Shown here piece by piece: positions 42,301-54,963 of a stretch of 64,000 bases of DNA. This DNA is from Eledone cirrhosa (taxonomy: Eukaryota): NCBI GenBank assembly GCA_964016885.1, contig OZ024740.1:286068001-286132000 (forward strand). Reading direction: 5' to 3'. A model generated the notes under the pieces. The model had not been told where the DNA came from and did not search any database. It worked only from the letters and a program-made list of their open reading frames with translations. Each line of letters starts with the position of its first letter. Position 1 is the first letter of the stretch. The position numbers and the translations under genes are program-made.

Positions 42301-44052
42301 AATACTACTTCTTTGTCTTAGAGACATTGTATTACCATCAAACTTTCCTTATGTAGTCATACATAAATATAAACTCTGGATTAATTTATAATTTTTCAGT
42401 CATACATACTTAATTTTTAGCAAGTAAAATATGATGTTTCTCACAAAGAGGTTAAATGAAAAGAGGGGTGGGAAATCTAGCCTTTTTTAACAGTATGTAT
42501 GTACACACAGACACACAGCACATGTTTTCACATGAAATAGTTTTGTCACTCATTATTTTCATGGATGCAGGTGTAGCTGCCAGATTTGAGTTTAATTAAG
42601 GAATGACATAAGCATGTTATCATTTTTGTCGTTTTTTTAATATATTATATTTGTTTTTATCCTGTTTTAGAAATATTTAAACTCTTGTTTGCAGATTTTT
42701 GTAAGTCTTCTGATTTCTTGTGTCAGTAATCTTAATAAACAGATTACCTCCTCCTTGTTGATTGAGATCTCTTTTCCCCTCCAATTACTTTTTCTCCAAT
42801 ATGAATTCTCTCCCAAAACTTCATTATGGATGTTTTTGTTTCTTTCATATTTAACTTTAGGTTTTGTTTAGGAAATTCCACTACGTCTTTCTGTTCCTGA
42901 CCTACTGAAAAAAAAAACTTTTTCATAGTGAGTTTTCTTTTAACAACATTTTAGTCAGTGTTGTTTTTTTCCATACACCCTTGTGTTGAATTTTGCTATT
43001 CATCCTTCACTATATTCCCTTCCTCTCTCCATTATCAGAATAAGCTTTTCTCACAAATTTTCCCCATCTCCTCAAATGTTAGTCTTATAGTTTATTCTAC
43101 ATCATTGGTATCACACACTCTCAGTTATTGGTTCATTCTATCTCACCTTTATGATATGCGTTATTTCACTGCCATATCGTGTTCTGTAGGCTATTTCACT
43201 GGTCTGTATTGTTGTTTCCAGCATTTTCATATCAACTAGAACCACCCTATTACAGTAGTTTTAGGTCTATTTTCACAGCTCTCGTAAATATTACATCTGC
43301 AGGTAGTTCATTTCTTTGATTTTTTTTTTACTTCTGATTATTTTGTTGTTTTAAAACTCCTCTATCCAGGTGCTCATCTCATGCATCGCTGTTCTCCAGG
43401 GTCTCTAAGTGCTTTGCAATTTCTTCCTGGAATCTACCCTTTTATAAAGGATTCAAAAAGCGATAGCAGTAAGTGTTAATGTCAGCTTTGCTCTCTTACC
43501 TCCCCTTGAAATCTGCAGATTCATGGTTGCTTCTTTATAGAGCAGTGTCTCCATCTAACAATAAGTGTGTTTTTCATGTCTTTATTATTTTTTTTTTGTC
43601 CAGGTGAGTATTTAATATTGCTCTTTAATCAGTAATTTTCAATAAACACTTGTTAGTTAGCTGTCTAGATTTTCTCTTGAAAGCATCATATTGTCTTTGC
43701 ATCCTATTTTAATTCCTAACTTACTAACCAAGATAGTTTTCTTTTCCATTATCTATATCACTAAAAACCTTTCAAGTTGCCTGAATTCTGAAATTCGATT
43801 TTTTTAAAAGAATTCAATATTCTGGACTAGTTTTGTTTTTGTCTTGTCAATGTTTTTTTTGAGAGTTGTGCTTGATGAAAATTATCATTCAGTATTTTAT
43901 AGTTCAAGAATCTCAACTCACAAACTAAAATCTCATTGTGCAAAATGCTTTTTTCTTTCTCTCTCTCTTTCTCCTCCATTAAACTTACTCGGTTCATTTC
44001 ACCTCCATATTTTATTCTCTATTAATATACTTCTATTTAAGTTGTCGCACGC

Positions 44053-44099
<47 letters not shown>

Positions 44100-45796
44100 C
44101 TAATATTTATTTGAATTCTTATTTTCTTCTCTAAAACAGAAATATGGGAAATAATTTAAGGCAGTAATATGAAGTTTTTGACATTTTTTTACTAACTGAA
44201 AGCAAATATGATAAAGCTTCTTTTAAGTTATTCATTAAGTGTATATTGTGTGCACACACACACACACACATTTTTTTAAATTCATCATCATCATGTTAAT
44301 CACTGTTTTTTTTAAAGTTTCTTTCTTGATTCAGATAATTATTATTTAACTTTTCAGAAAGACTTTGCGTAACCAGAGTCAGTTTTATTGCTATGTTCTC
44401 GTGTAACATTGATGACTTGACAAACTGAATTCTAAACTGTTTCTTCACAATTTTCTGCCTGTTTACTTTTTAATTAATTATTCCCACCACCTTGTCAGTT
44501 ATTGCTTCTGTCTATCCTGTTATTCCTGATGCATGCTTAAACTGAACTGCCCTGACCTTATATGTTGTGCTTTATCATGTATTACCTCAGCTATAGGTTG
44601 TATGAATAATAGAACCTATAGCAGCAGGATTTGCAAAAAAAAGCTAGCTCTGTGAATGCATGTTTATTTCTCTTCTTCCCAGGTTCCGAGTCTCCTGAGG
44701 CTGTCCGAAAACTTCTGGCTTTATCTAATAAAGTCCGCCCACACAACCCTAAACAACACCATCCCCCCACTCCTCTTACTAGTCCTATATCTCCACGACG
44801 ACCTACCTCACCAAGGCAAACCAGGTCTGTTCCGGTGCTTCTTTCTCATGAAAGTTCTTCTGTCAACAGTATGAGTAATTTAACTCGCAAACCTAGTCGA
44901 ACTGGTAAGATTGGGTGCACAAGTCACCCTAGTCTACTACATCTGTCTTTCTCTTTCTGTTGCCTCCAGCAATGCACAAACTTTTTCAGATGCCAAGAAG
45001 TTGTGTTGGTTAACAGCTTATTACTACTGTTACCTCCTACTAATATAAATTTCCTTCTATTAAAGCTTATTTCAATTTGCCAAAATATTCTATTTAAACT
45101 GATTCTTCTAGAAGTAGAAATCACAGCAAACCACTATAGAATTGACTCAAAAGAAGAAATATTATTTTAACAAATAACATTCAACAAGTACACTCATAGT
45201 CATAGTCATGTCTTGTAATTATGATAAACCACACTTAATAGCAATTTTTAAGCTAAAGTATAATCTTGCATATTAAATTATACTCTATATTAACAAATTT
45301 TGTAATAAAATTTTGCATAGATATTAATAAAACAAGAATTAGAGCTATTATATAATATGAAATTCTGCTATAGTCTCAGATTGATCATCACCTTGCAAGT
45401 AAAATTTGGTTGGCAGAAACTGTGTGGAGGCTTGTCATATATATATAGTAAAAACAAGGAGCAAAGAGATCAATACACCCTAAGTTTATTGTATAATACA
45501 TGTTTCTACAATAATTCTGCTCATGGCTAAGATGATGTCATAACTGGATTCAGACAATTATCAAGAGACAAAATTATTGTAGGAACAATTGTTGCATAGT
45601 AAACATATGGTGTATTGACCTTTCCATTCCCTAGTTTTTACTATATTCTGCAATCTTAGGCCTCATTCATCTGATGGTACTGAATTTCTGAACTTACAGA
45701 ACATATATGTATTGTCTCACTTCTGAATCTAGTATACCTGATGATCACATTACTTGGTATATGTGGTTCACAGCAGGATTATTTTTTATAATCTTC

Positions 45797-45830
<34 letters not shown>

Positions 45831-48800
45831 GGAAAAGAGTAAGGACCCCGATGGCTGAGCTCCGGCCATTTCGACAGCTAGATTCGTATATATATATATA
45901 TATATATACACAGAAATGGTTGGGAGGACCCTCAGTTGTGTCAAAAGACATGACAATTTCTCCTGTACTCTCGGTAGAATGTGAGACTATACATAAACAA
46001 GACACAAATCTCTGGCCTGTCTGGGAGATCAGTGGCTTCATTTCAGTACTGATTTGGTCTGTGTGGACCTATCTCACCCTTGCTAACAGGGAAAACAGAC
46101 GTTAAAACGACAATGATGATATAGGTGCGTGTCTGTGTTCATGTATTCAGGTGTAAAACGGTGTTGTCTCTTTCTATCAAAAAGTAACTTAGTAATTCAA
46201 TAAATAGGGATTAATAAAATAAGTATTCTGGTCAATATCTTCAATTTAAAGGTGGTACCAAAGATGGCTGCAGACAAATGACTGAAACCAGTAAAATAAT
46301 ATATCTTGTCTGTTCATTTATTTTAGTTTACATCCTAAGGTAGTTAATTGCTTTTTTAGAATTTTGTTATTTAATCCAGTTGCAAATTATCCATTACAAA
46401 AATATATAGTTTATTTCTAAACACGAAGGAGAGTTAGCTTTTTATAATAAATATAGGTTATTAATCTGTAAGAGAATTCTTAAATGAGTTTAGTTAGTTG
46501 ATGTACTGGGTACTCAACTCACTGCTCTTTTCATTAGATTTACATATCTTCTTTTTTGTTTGCAAAGATCCAAGTTAACTAGGCTAAATTTACTACTTGC
46601 CTCCAATAATGCTTTCTTCTCTAATCTGACCTGCGTGTACCTCTGCTTTGAAAATATACAGCTTTATGCTTCTCCCTTTGATCATTGGGTTTGATAACTG
46701 TTTCCTCCCAAAACTAACTAGATACACAAAAAGAAGTTGCTTATATTATCACTAAATTATGGTAAGTTAGTTAGTGATTATTTCCCCACTTTTTACAGCA
46801 GCTTTTGTTCCCCAAAAATTCATATCTTAGACAGAATTATCATTTCTTTTTTTTTTTTTTTTTTTGATTTGCAGTGAACTGAATTACTTCACATATGCTG
46901 ACAAAATTTTCACAAACGTAAAATGTATTAACCCTTTTGATACAAACCTGTCCCAAACTGCTTCAGTTTTTATGAAACAAAACCACCCATTTTTAAAGGT
47001 TTCCTACTTAAATTAAAATCTTGCAACATAAATTACAAATACCATCTTAATAATGAGACAAAAATGTTAGCAACCCTTTCCAAATTTTTAATTAAAATAC
47101 AGTTTGTTTATTTAGAAATAGTCTTAAAAGAGTTAAAATTGCTTTTAGTACAGTTTCTTGACTGTTACTAGCTTAAGTCAAGCAATCTTGATTTGTAGAA
47201 TTAAGACATCAATGATCTATCATATTCTAATCAATAATTTAGTTATTTATTTTTGTGTTAGTATTCTCAAAAAATACTCTAAAGTAGTATTTATTAATTA
47301 AAAAACTGTGTCTCAAAGAAATCTTTAGTTCTGGTTTAGGGACATTAGTTTTATCTTAATTATACTGGAAGTTACCTGTAGTAACTGTTGCCTTCTAAAA
47401 TAAGATTCTGAGAAATATTCCTGTAGACTCTTGATTTCTTATGTAAAGATTATTTTTATAAGCAATACATACATAATAGAGTTTGATCAATTTCTGTGGG
47501 TTATAATTGAAACTACACCAAGAATACAATTTCTGTGCTGAAGTAACTATTATAGTATAGTGAGTCAATTGATGATGTAACTGCTAATAAATTGTCTTTC
47601 CTTAACATTACAAAAAAACTTAATTGCTGTTCTATAATGCATTTAGTAGTAAAGATGATCACCTGGGCACTGTACACAATATTTCATTATTGTTATTGTT
47701 ATTATATCATGACTCATACACTGTTTATTTTCCTGACATTTGTACATTATTCTATGTACTATACATGCACCTTTGATGAGTTGTAGTGCACCTGAGCACT
47801 GTACACAATAATTTCATTATTATTATTATTATAAATTGTCAACAGTTTGACAAGCTCAGTCTACTGAATGTGAATACGATCTCAAATAGACTGAGTATGT
47901 GTAAGTAGTTAGAGATGCATCAACAGATGAGTAGAAGTGTAAATAAATACTGGTAAAGTGGTTGGTGATAGGAAAGGCATCCAGCTGTAGAAACTATGCC
48001 AAAACCACAATGTATGTAAGCAATACATGGCCCCGAGCCCACCTAACAAGTTAGTAGTTCTAACTAAGTACTAACTTTGTCTGTGATGACATGTCCAACC
48101 CATGCCAACATGGAAGAATGAACATTAAACAGTATGATGAAACAACAGAGAAAATTACAGTGCATCATGCAAATGTTATGGTCCTACATTCAATTTTAAG
48201 GCACTGAGACTGAAATAAAATTAATTTTTTTTAGTTATGGCATCACAGCTTATCTAACATTACATTCCCATTTCAACAAACTCTCTTGTTAGAATTCGAT
48301 AAATTATTTTGTATATCATAAGTATAAATCACCAAATTTCCTTAATTGTGTTAATGGCTATATAATACTCCACATTTGTTTTAAAATATCAAATCAGTTA
48401 ATTCTTTGCTATCTCCAAGACTTCATTATCAATAGAAATAGGAGAAAAAAATTCAGAATATGTCCCTTCCCCTACCAACAGCCTCACTACTTTGTCTATC
48501 TGCATGCTTTTGTTTATTGTAACACTTGCCTTTGCATGAGTGTATTTTTAATCACAAGCAAATAACTGATTTTATATTTACATTTTGTGTTTTTGTTTAA
48601 CTCTAGGTTTTACTTTTTGCTGTACCTTTGCAATTAATATAATATTGAAGCTATGCAATTAACATTATAATACAGCTTTTGCTTTCTATTGCTGAGCTTT
48701 GATAAAAACCATCTAATTGGAAGTTATATTAAAAATATTTAATCTATTTGTGGAAAGCTACCATTTCCTTTTATCATTTTATTTATAAAGATGATAAACC

Positions 48801-51800
48801 TTTGAATAGTTTATGCATGCGTGTGTGCATATGCATAGACATACACACATGCACATACACATTATGTAAATCTTAAGAATTTGCAACCATTATGAATAAT
48901 GTTAAAAGGCATTTTTACAAATATATTCCACCTAGATAAATCATCTTATTAAACAAATAATCAAATGAAACTATGGTTTAAGTATCTCAATATAGTATTT
49001 TGCAACTTGATTCTTAATGAAATTAAAGTTAAACCTCAGAGTAATTATCTTCTATCATTTTCGTTTAGACTTTTTTCTTTCTACAAATATTTAAAAAGTA
49101 ATTTCGTTATTTTATTTTCTGATTCATGCCATAAATGATAACACTATGGACATTTGTATAAGAAAGCAGTGTTTAAAATGATTCTTTAAGCATTGTCATC
49201 TCTCATTGGCTATATGTTACAGGGGAGATAATATAAGTTCAACTAGTCTTTCATCTTGTAAAATATTATAATTATTAACTAAAGATTGCAGTTTAATACT
49301 TTCAATAGTTTTACAATTCGTAATTGTTGAGATGGAAAATTCTGGAACCAATTTTTCTTTTGCACTGTTTTGTTTCTTTAGTCGACTCCTTTTCACATTG
49401 CTTCATCGTATTTTTCCTGATGTCATTTTCACTTAGTTGCAGTGTTTTCTGTCTCATACGTTTTGTCTAAATAGATTAATCTTACTAGTAAAAGTAATTT
49501 TTTTTTATACTAGTAACCAATCTGTGTGTATCTGGTTTAGAATAGATGCATTGTATTCCTGTGTATCATAAGAGGTGACTAAAAGGGTTGATGACAAGAA
49601 GGATATTTGACCATCAAACTTTACCTAAAAACTGTCCCCATATCACAGGGCCTGCAGGGGAAATGGCCTTAAAGTGATTGTTGTTGTTAGTAACCAATCT
49701 AAAAGAAAAAAAAATTAGTATGATTCTTTTTTGAGGTAATAGAATGTATCAGAGTGATGTCCAGAAGACAGGGGTTAATTTATAAAGTTAATAAGGAGAT
49801 TCAGTAAAAACAGAATTAGTACAGAAACTTACTGAGAAATATTTTTGGGGAGTTTTAAAAATTGTACTAGAATAATAATTTTACAAAAGTATTGTAACTA
49901 GGGTTAACTATTTCCTAAATATGATGTCAAACTTTGCAAAATGAACAGTATTTTGTTTATCTACATTTTGAAGAAATCAGTATTACAGATTTTATCCTTA
50001 TTTCAATTATTAGTATGCCTGTATACACACACACATACACACTCTTTTTCTTCTTCGGTGGTTTGTCAAATTGACAATGACAATCCTCTGGTGACTTCTC
50101 CAGGCATGTGCTTACACACACCAAATATTTTCTATAGAGCTTGTGCTATTTTCTATAAGCTATTCACTGCAGATGAAAACAATTTTGGCACTTTTGGAGT
50201 TGTATTATATCCTCCAACAATGCCAATATTACAGCATGCTTTTCTTCTACTTCTACCTTTCTACACTTATCTTTCATCAATGTAGTCACCATGCCAAACC
50301 AGGGTGGGAGAAAGCTGTAGCTGTTTAACTATTCAATGTCTGTCATGTTTTTATTATTAGCTGAGAATAATCTATGTTGTTGGCTCTCAGTTTTGCTCTT
50401 TGTTTCAAATGCTTTTGCAATATTCATGGTGAAGAGTCTTCTACTTCCTTCTACAGTTTACCAATCAATACTCTTGTTTACTGTAAATTCAATTCCAGTG
50501 CATGGCATAGGTCATTGTGGTTCTAGCTGTGAGCCTACAGTATTCCATTTCAATGGGATTATTGTGTCCCACATAACATTTATACTTGTGTATAGATATA
50601 TTTATATACTTGTGTATATATATATATATGTATCTACACACAATGTGATTGGACACACACACACAATGTGATTGAACACAGCTTACCCTTTGTTCCTACA
50701 AAAGTACACTGAAGATTGTTGTCCAAATTCTTCGATACTAACATAAAACCATGGTATAGAAGTAACTACATAACTATATAAATATATACATTTATATATA
50801 AATGTATACATTTATGTATACATGAACATGAGTGTGTGTTTGTCTCGGACCTCTGTGTCATGTGTGACGATGGATCTGCATAAAAAAAAGTTCCTCTCCA
50901 AGACACAAGCTTAGGCAAAGTTTTCTGTAGACAACCAGCAGTTGTTTTTGCATACAAGTCTCCTTTCTCCAGGCCATTGATGTCCAAGAGAAATGTATGG
51001 TCAATACAGCCTGGCCTCAGTGTCTAAAGAGATACTGCAAAGCATCTAGTTCAACTTTCTTATAATTCTGCCAATTCACAGGTCTGGACTGTGTGTCTGT
51101 GTGTGTGTGCATACATTTAAATTATTTAAAGTAAGAAGTAAATAAGTAGATCTTTTGTTGGTTTCGACCAAGAGTATTCCAGTTGTTTAATCAACAGAAA
51201 CTACCAACTCCTTGCATTTGGCAGTATCGGTAGAGGGTCGGACGCGATGCTTTGCAGCAAAGAGTTACGGCCCTTTATGATCTGAGTTCAAATCCTGCTG
51301 AGGTTAACTTTGCCTTTCATCCTTACGGGGTCGATAAAATAAAGTACCAGTAATGCACTGGCCTTGTGCCAAAAGTAGAAACAATTATAGTGTATATGGC
51401 TGAGTATTTGAGTATTCCACAAGCAGTTGTATTCTTAAAGTAGTCCTCATGCTGAATCTTCATGACACAATAGCCCTTTGAATTATAGGTACAATCCATC
51501 CTATGGTCTTCCACACAGCTTCTGCTCCCCAATCTCACTGACAAATATTAAGTTTGACCCAAAATTATGGTAGACACAATGAGCTCAAGCCCAGTACTAT
51601 AGTCAGTCATGCTTATGAAGACACACAAACATGTTCAATTTATCATATGTACTATTTCAAAAATATTTACAGAAATCAAGTCACGTATTGGGTTTGATAA
51701 TGGCTTGTGTACTATTTGTATTTCTCCCCCCCTCCTCCTCTCTCTCTCTTATATATATATATATACATATACATACATGTGTGTATTTAATTCCCTTGTG

Positions 51801-54121
51801 ATTGTTTAGCTGATGTTCATATCTTCTGATGAGAACCTAGTAAGGTTTGAAAATCAATTAAAGATATCATTTTTTTCCCCCTTACAATTTACAAGCAAAT
51901 ACGTAAATTTGACATGTTTACATGTCGAGAGATGCAATGTGTATATATCTATACACATTTATGCAATCTCGGTTACCTCTGTATTGTACTTATACAGATA
52001 CTAACTTATGTATATGTGTGTGTGTGTGATTATAGGAAATTGTTGTCTGAAATTAGATGTTTTCATGTATGACAGCCCGTTGTTGTAGCTGTGAGTTGCA
52101 TTTAGAGTTATTATTGTTATCAGGTTCAATAGGCTCATCTGATTCTGCAAGTCCAACTAGTAGTCTGAACAGCTACCAGCACCAGTACGAAACTGATTCT
52201 GGACACAACAGTATTGCCTCCTCCAACTTTGATAGTCGCAGTACCAGCTCAATTGGCTCATCCAACTCTCCAACTCCAGCTAGACGTATCAATCATGTTC
52301 CACAGAGCGGTAAGGCCTCTCTCTAAAATTATTTCTTAATTTTTGTCATGTGAAAGTTATCACTTCATATATTTTTTATTATTAATATTATTATTATTAT
52401 TATTATTAATATTATTATTATTATTACTATTATTGTTAGGGTAATGAATTGGCAGAATCGTTAGAGCGTCGGATGAGATGCTTTGTGGTATTTCTTCCGG
52501 GTCTTTAAATTCTGATTTTAAACCCTGCTGAGGTCAACTTTGCTTTTCATCCTCCCAGGGTCGATAGAATAAAGTACCAGTCCATTACTGGAGTCGATTT
52601 AATCGACTTTTCCTTTTCGCCAAAAGTCGCTTGCCTTGGGTGGTGGATTGGCAGTATCAGTAGAGCGTCGGACACCATGCTTTGCAGCATAGAGTTACGT
52701 CCCTTTGCATTCTGAGTTCAAATCCCGCCGAGGTTAGTTTTGCCTTTCATCCTTACGGGGTCGGTAAAATAAAGTACCAGTAATGCACTGGGGTCGATTT
52801 AGTCGACTTTCCACTACCTCAAAATTGTTGGCCTTGAGCCAAAATCAGAAACCATTATCATTATCATCATATTTTATTATTTTTATAATTACTATTCTTC
52901 TAATGAATTCTTAATATAGAGGAATATGGTGCTCATAATCATAATTTGCTAATCAATATAGTTTTTTTTCTTTAATTGTTAAAATTTTTCAGGTTAAATT
53001 ATTATATATACAAATGTTTTAATTATTTTTCCCTCTTCAAAAATAATTGTAATATGTTATGTTTGTAGTGGGGTTTTGCATGTCCTATTGTTACATTCAC
53101 TATGTATATTCTTCACCAATGTGAGCAGTTTGAGCAATTTCAACTTTGCTTTGATTTCTACATGTAGTATTTATTTATGAGGTCATGGTGAAAAAGTGTT
53201 GTTGCAAGAAATACAATTATAAAAATATACAAGATATCTCAAATGTCACTAACTATTTCACTATATTTATTGTTATTCAAAATAGCTAGGGACTTTTGAG
53301 ACACTCTGTATGTCTGTATACATATATATCATGTAAGTGTGGAAAGATGAATGTTAATTTATGATGATGATAATGATTATATATATATATATATATATAT
53401 ATACAATAAAGTATGCCTATAGAATCATTTGATAAGATATATACACCATCTCCTCTCCCAATCAGCATAATCAACCACACAAAAAAACAATTAAACCAGG
53501 CTATAAGATTAAAAGGCACCTATGAAGAAATAATAGATAAATAAATGACAGCCATCTATTTGCGATCAACAGCTATAGAATATTTACCCACCATTTCAAT
53601 AGCACGTGGAAATCGATTAAATATATCGTCAACCATACACAATTAGGTATAAAATTAAAGTTAGAAGAAAAAATGTATATAAACATACCAAGATTACGTT
53701 TCTACCCCATGGGGTTTCATTTGCTTTTGGAAATATCCAATCAACGATAGATTCACGAGCTTCGAAATCATCAGGAAACAAACTCACTTGGACGAAGATT
53801 TTTCTTAAATGATCCCCACCAGAAACGAATTCAAAATGGCTAAGAACTGTGACATGGCAGTGGTCAAGTCAGAAAGAATGTGATTGGTGCCTTATGGCGA
53901 GTGGGTTAGTTGCTAGAAAGCGCAGCCTAATATTGCCTAAATTGCATCTCAACCTTATGGGAGATTATCAAATATGAAGATTTACATATACACAAACTAG
54001 ACAAAGTCATAGATATATATATATGTGTTTTTGGCAACCATTCACAATGTGGCTCAATGATGAATTAATTAATTAAATAATCAATAATCAGAGCAATATA
54101 CAATATATGCACACATAGGGA

Positions 54122-54169
<48 letters not shown>

Positions 54170-54422
54170 TCTCTATGTGTGCATATACATGTATGTATGT
54201 ATATGCATGTGTGTATGTATGTATATGCATGTGTGTATGCATGTATATTTATGTATGTATGTATGTATGTATATACACATACAAATGTATATGTATGAGG
54301 GAGCAAGATATTCTGTGTATGTACATACACATGCGCGCACACACTATTTTCTCCACTTTGTCTCCAACACAAAATGTATGAGTTGTCGAAAGGTTCTCTT
54401 TGAGAATTTTTATAATGAATAT

Positions 54423-54453
<31 letters not shown>

Positions 54454-54930
54454 ACGAAGGAAATGTGGTAAGGAACCTGGTGGACCATAACGCACCAAAG
54501 TACTCAATACTTAGGGTAGTAGAGTGGGTAATAGGAACCAGTAAGACCCCGACGGCTGAGCTCAGCCGTCGGGGTCTTACTGGTTCCTATATATATATAT
54601 AAGAACGACACAGTGAGATATTTAACTTATAAGTTAAGACCCAATTAATTGATAGATTGATTAAAGATATGTAATCTTATCCCTTAAATAAAAGTACAAC
54701 ATAATATTTTTTACTTAGTGATATATTGATTACTATAGATGTTAAACTATCTTATATAAAAATATAAACTGATAATGTTTATACCTTAAACTGATATTGT
54801 TTATAGCTAATATCCAGGCCTAACTAAAAGGAACAGGCCAGTAAGCCTATTGGCATGGCCTATAATGTTGTGGGCTTTATTTACTTCACATTCTCTTATC
54901 TTACTTGTGAGGACATAATGTACACTACAA

Positions 54931-54963
<33 letters not shown>

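Noticed and set aside
45738-45775. CTGATGA followed by a TCACAT/ATGTGG stem
   Set aside because: No GAAA box or stem I partner; at best a dead remnant.
54088-54602. Several 70-145 aa ORFs
   Set aside because: Translations of (TA)n/(TATG)n microsatellites; no coding signal.
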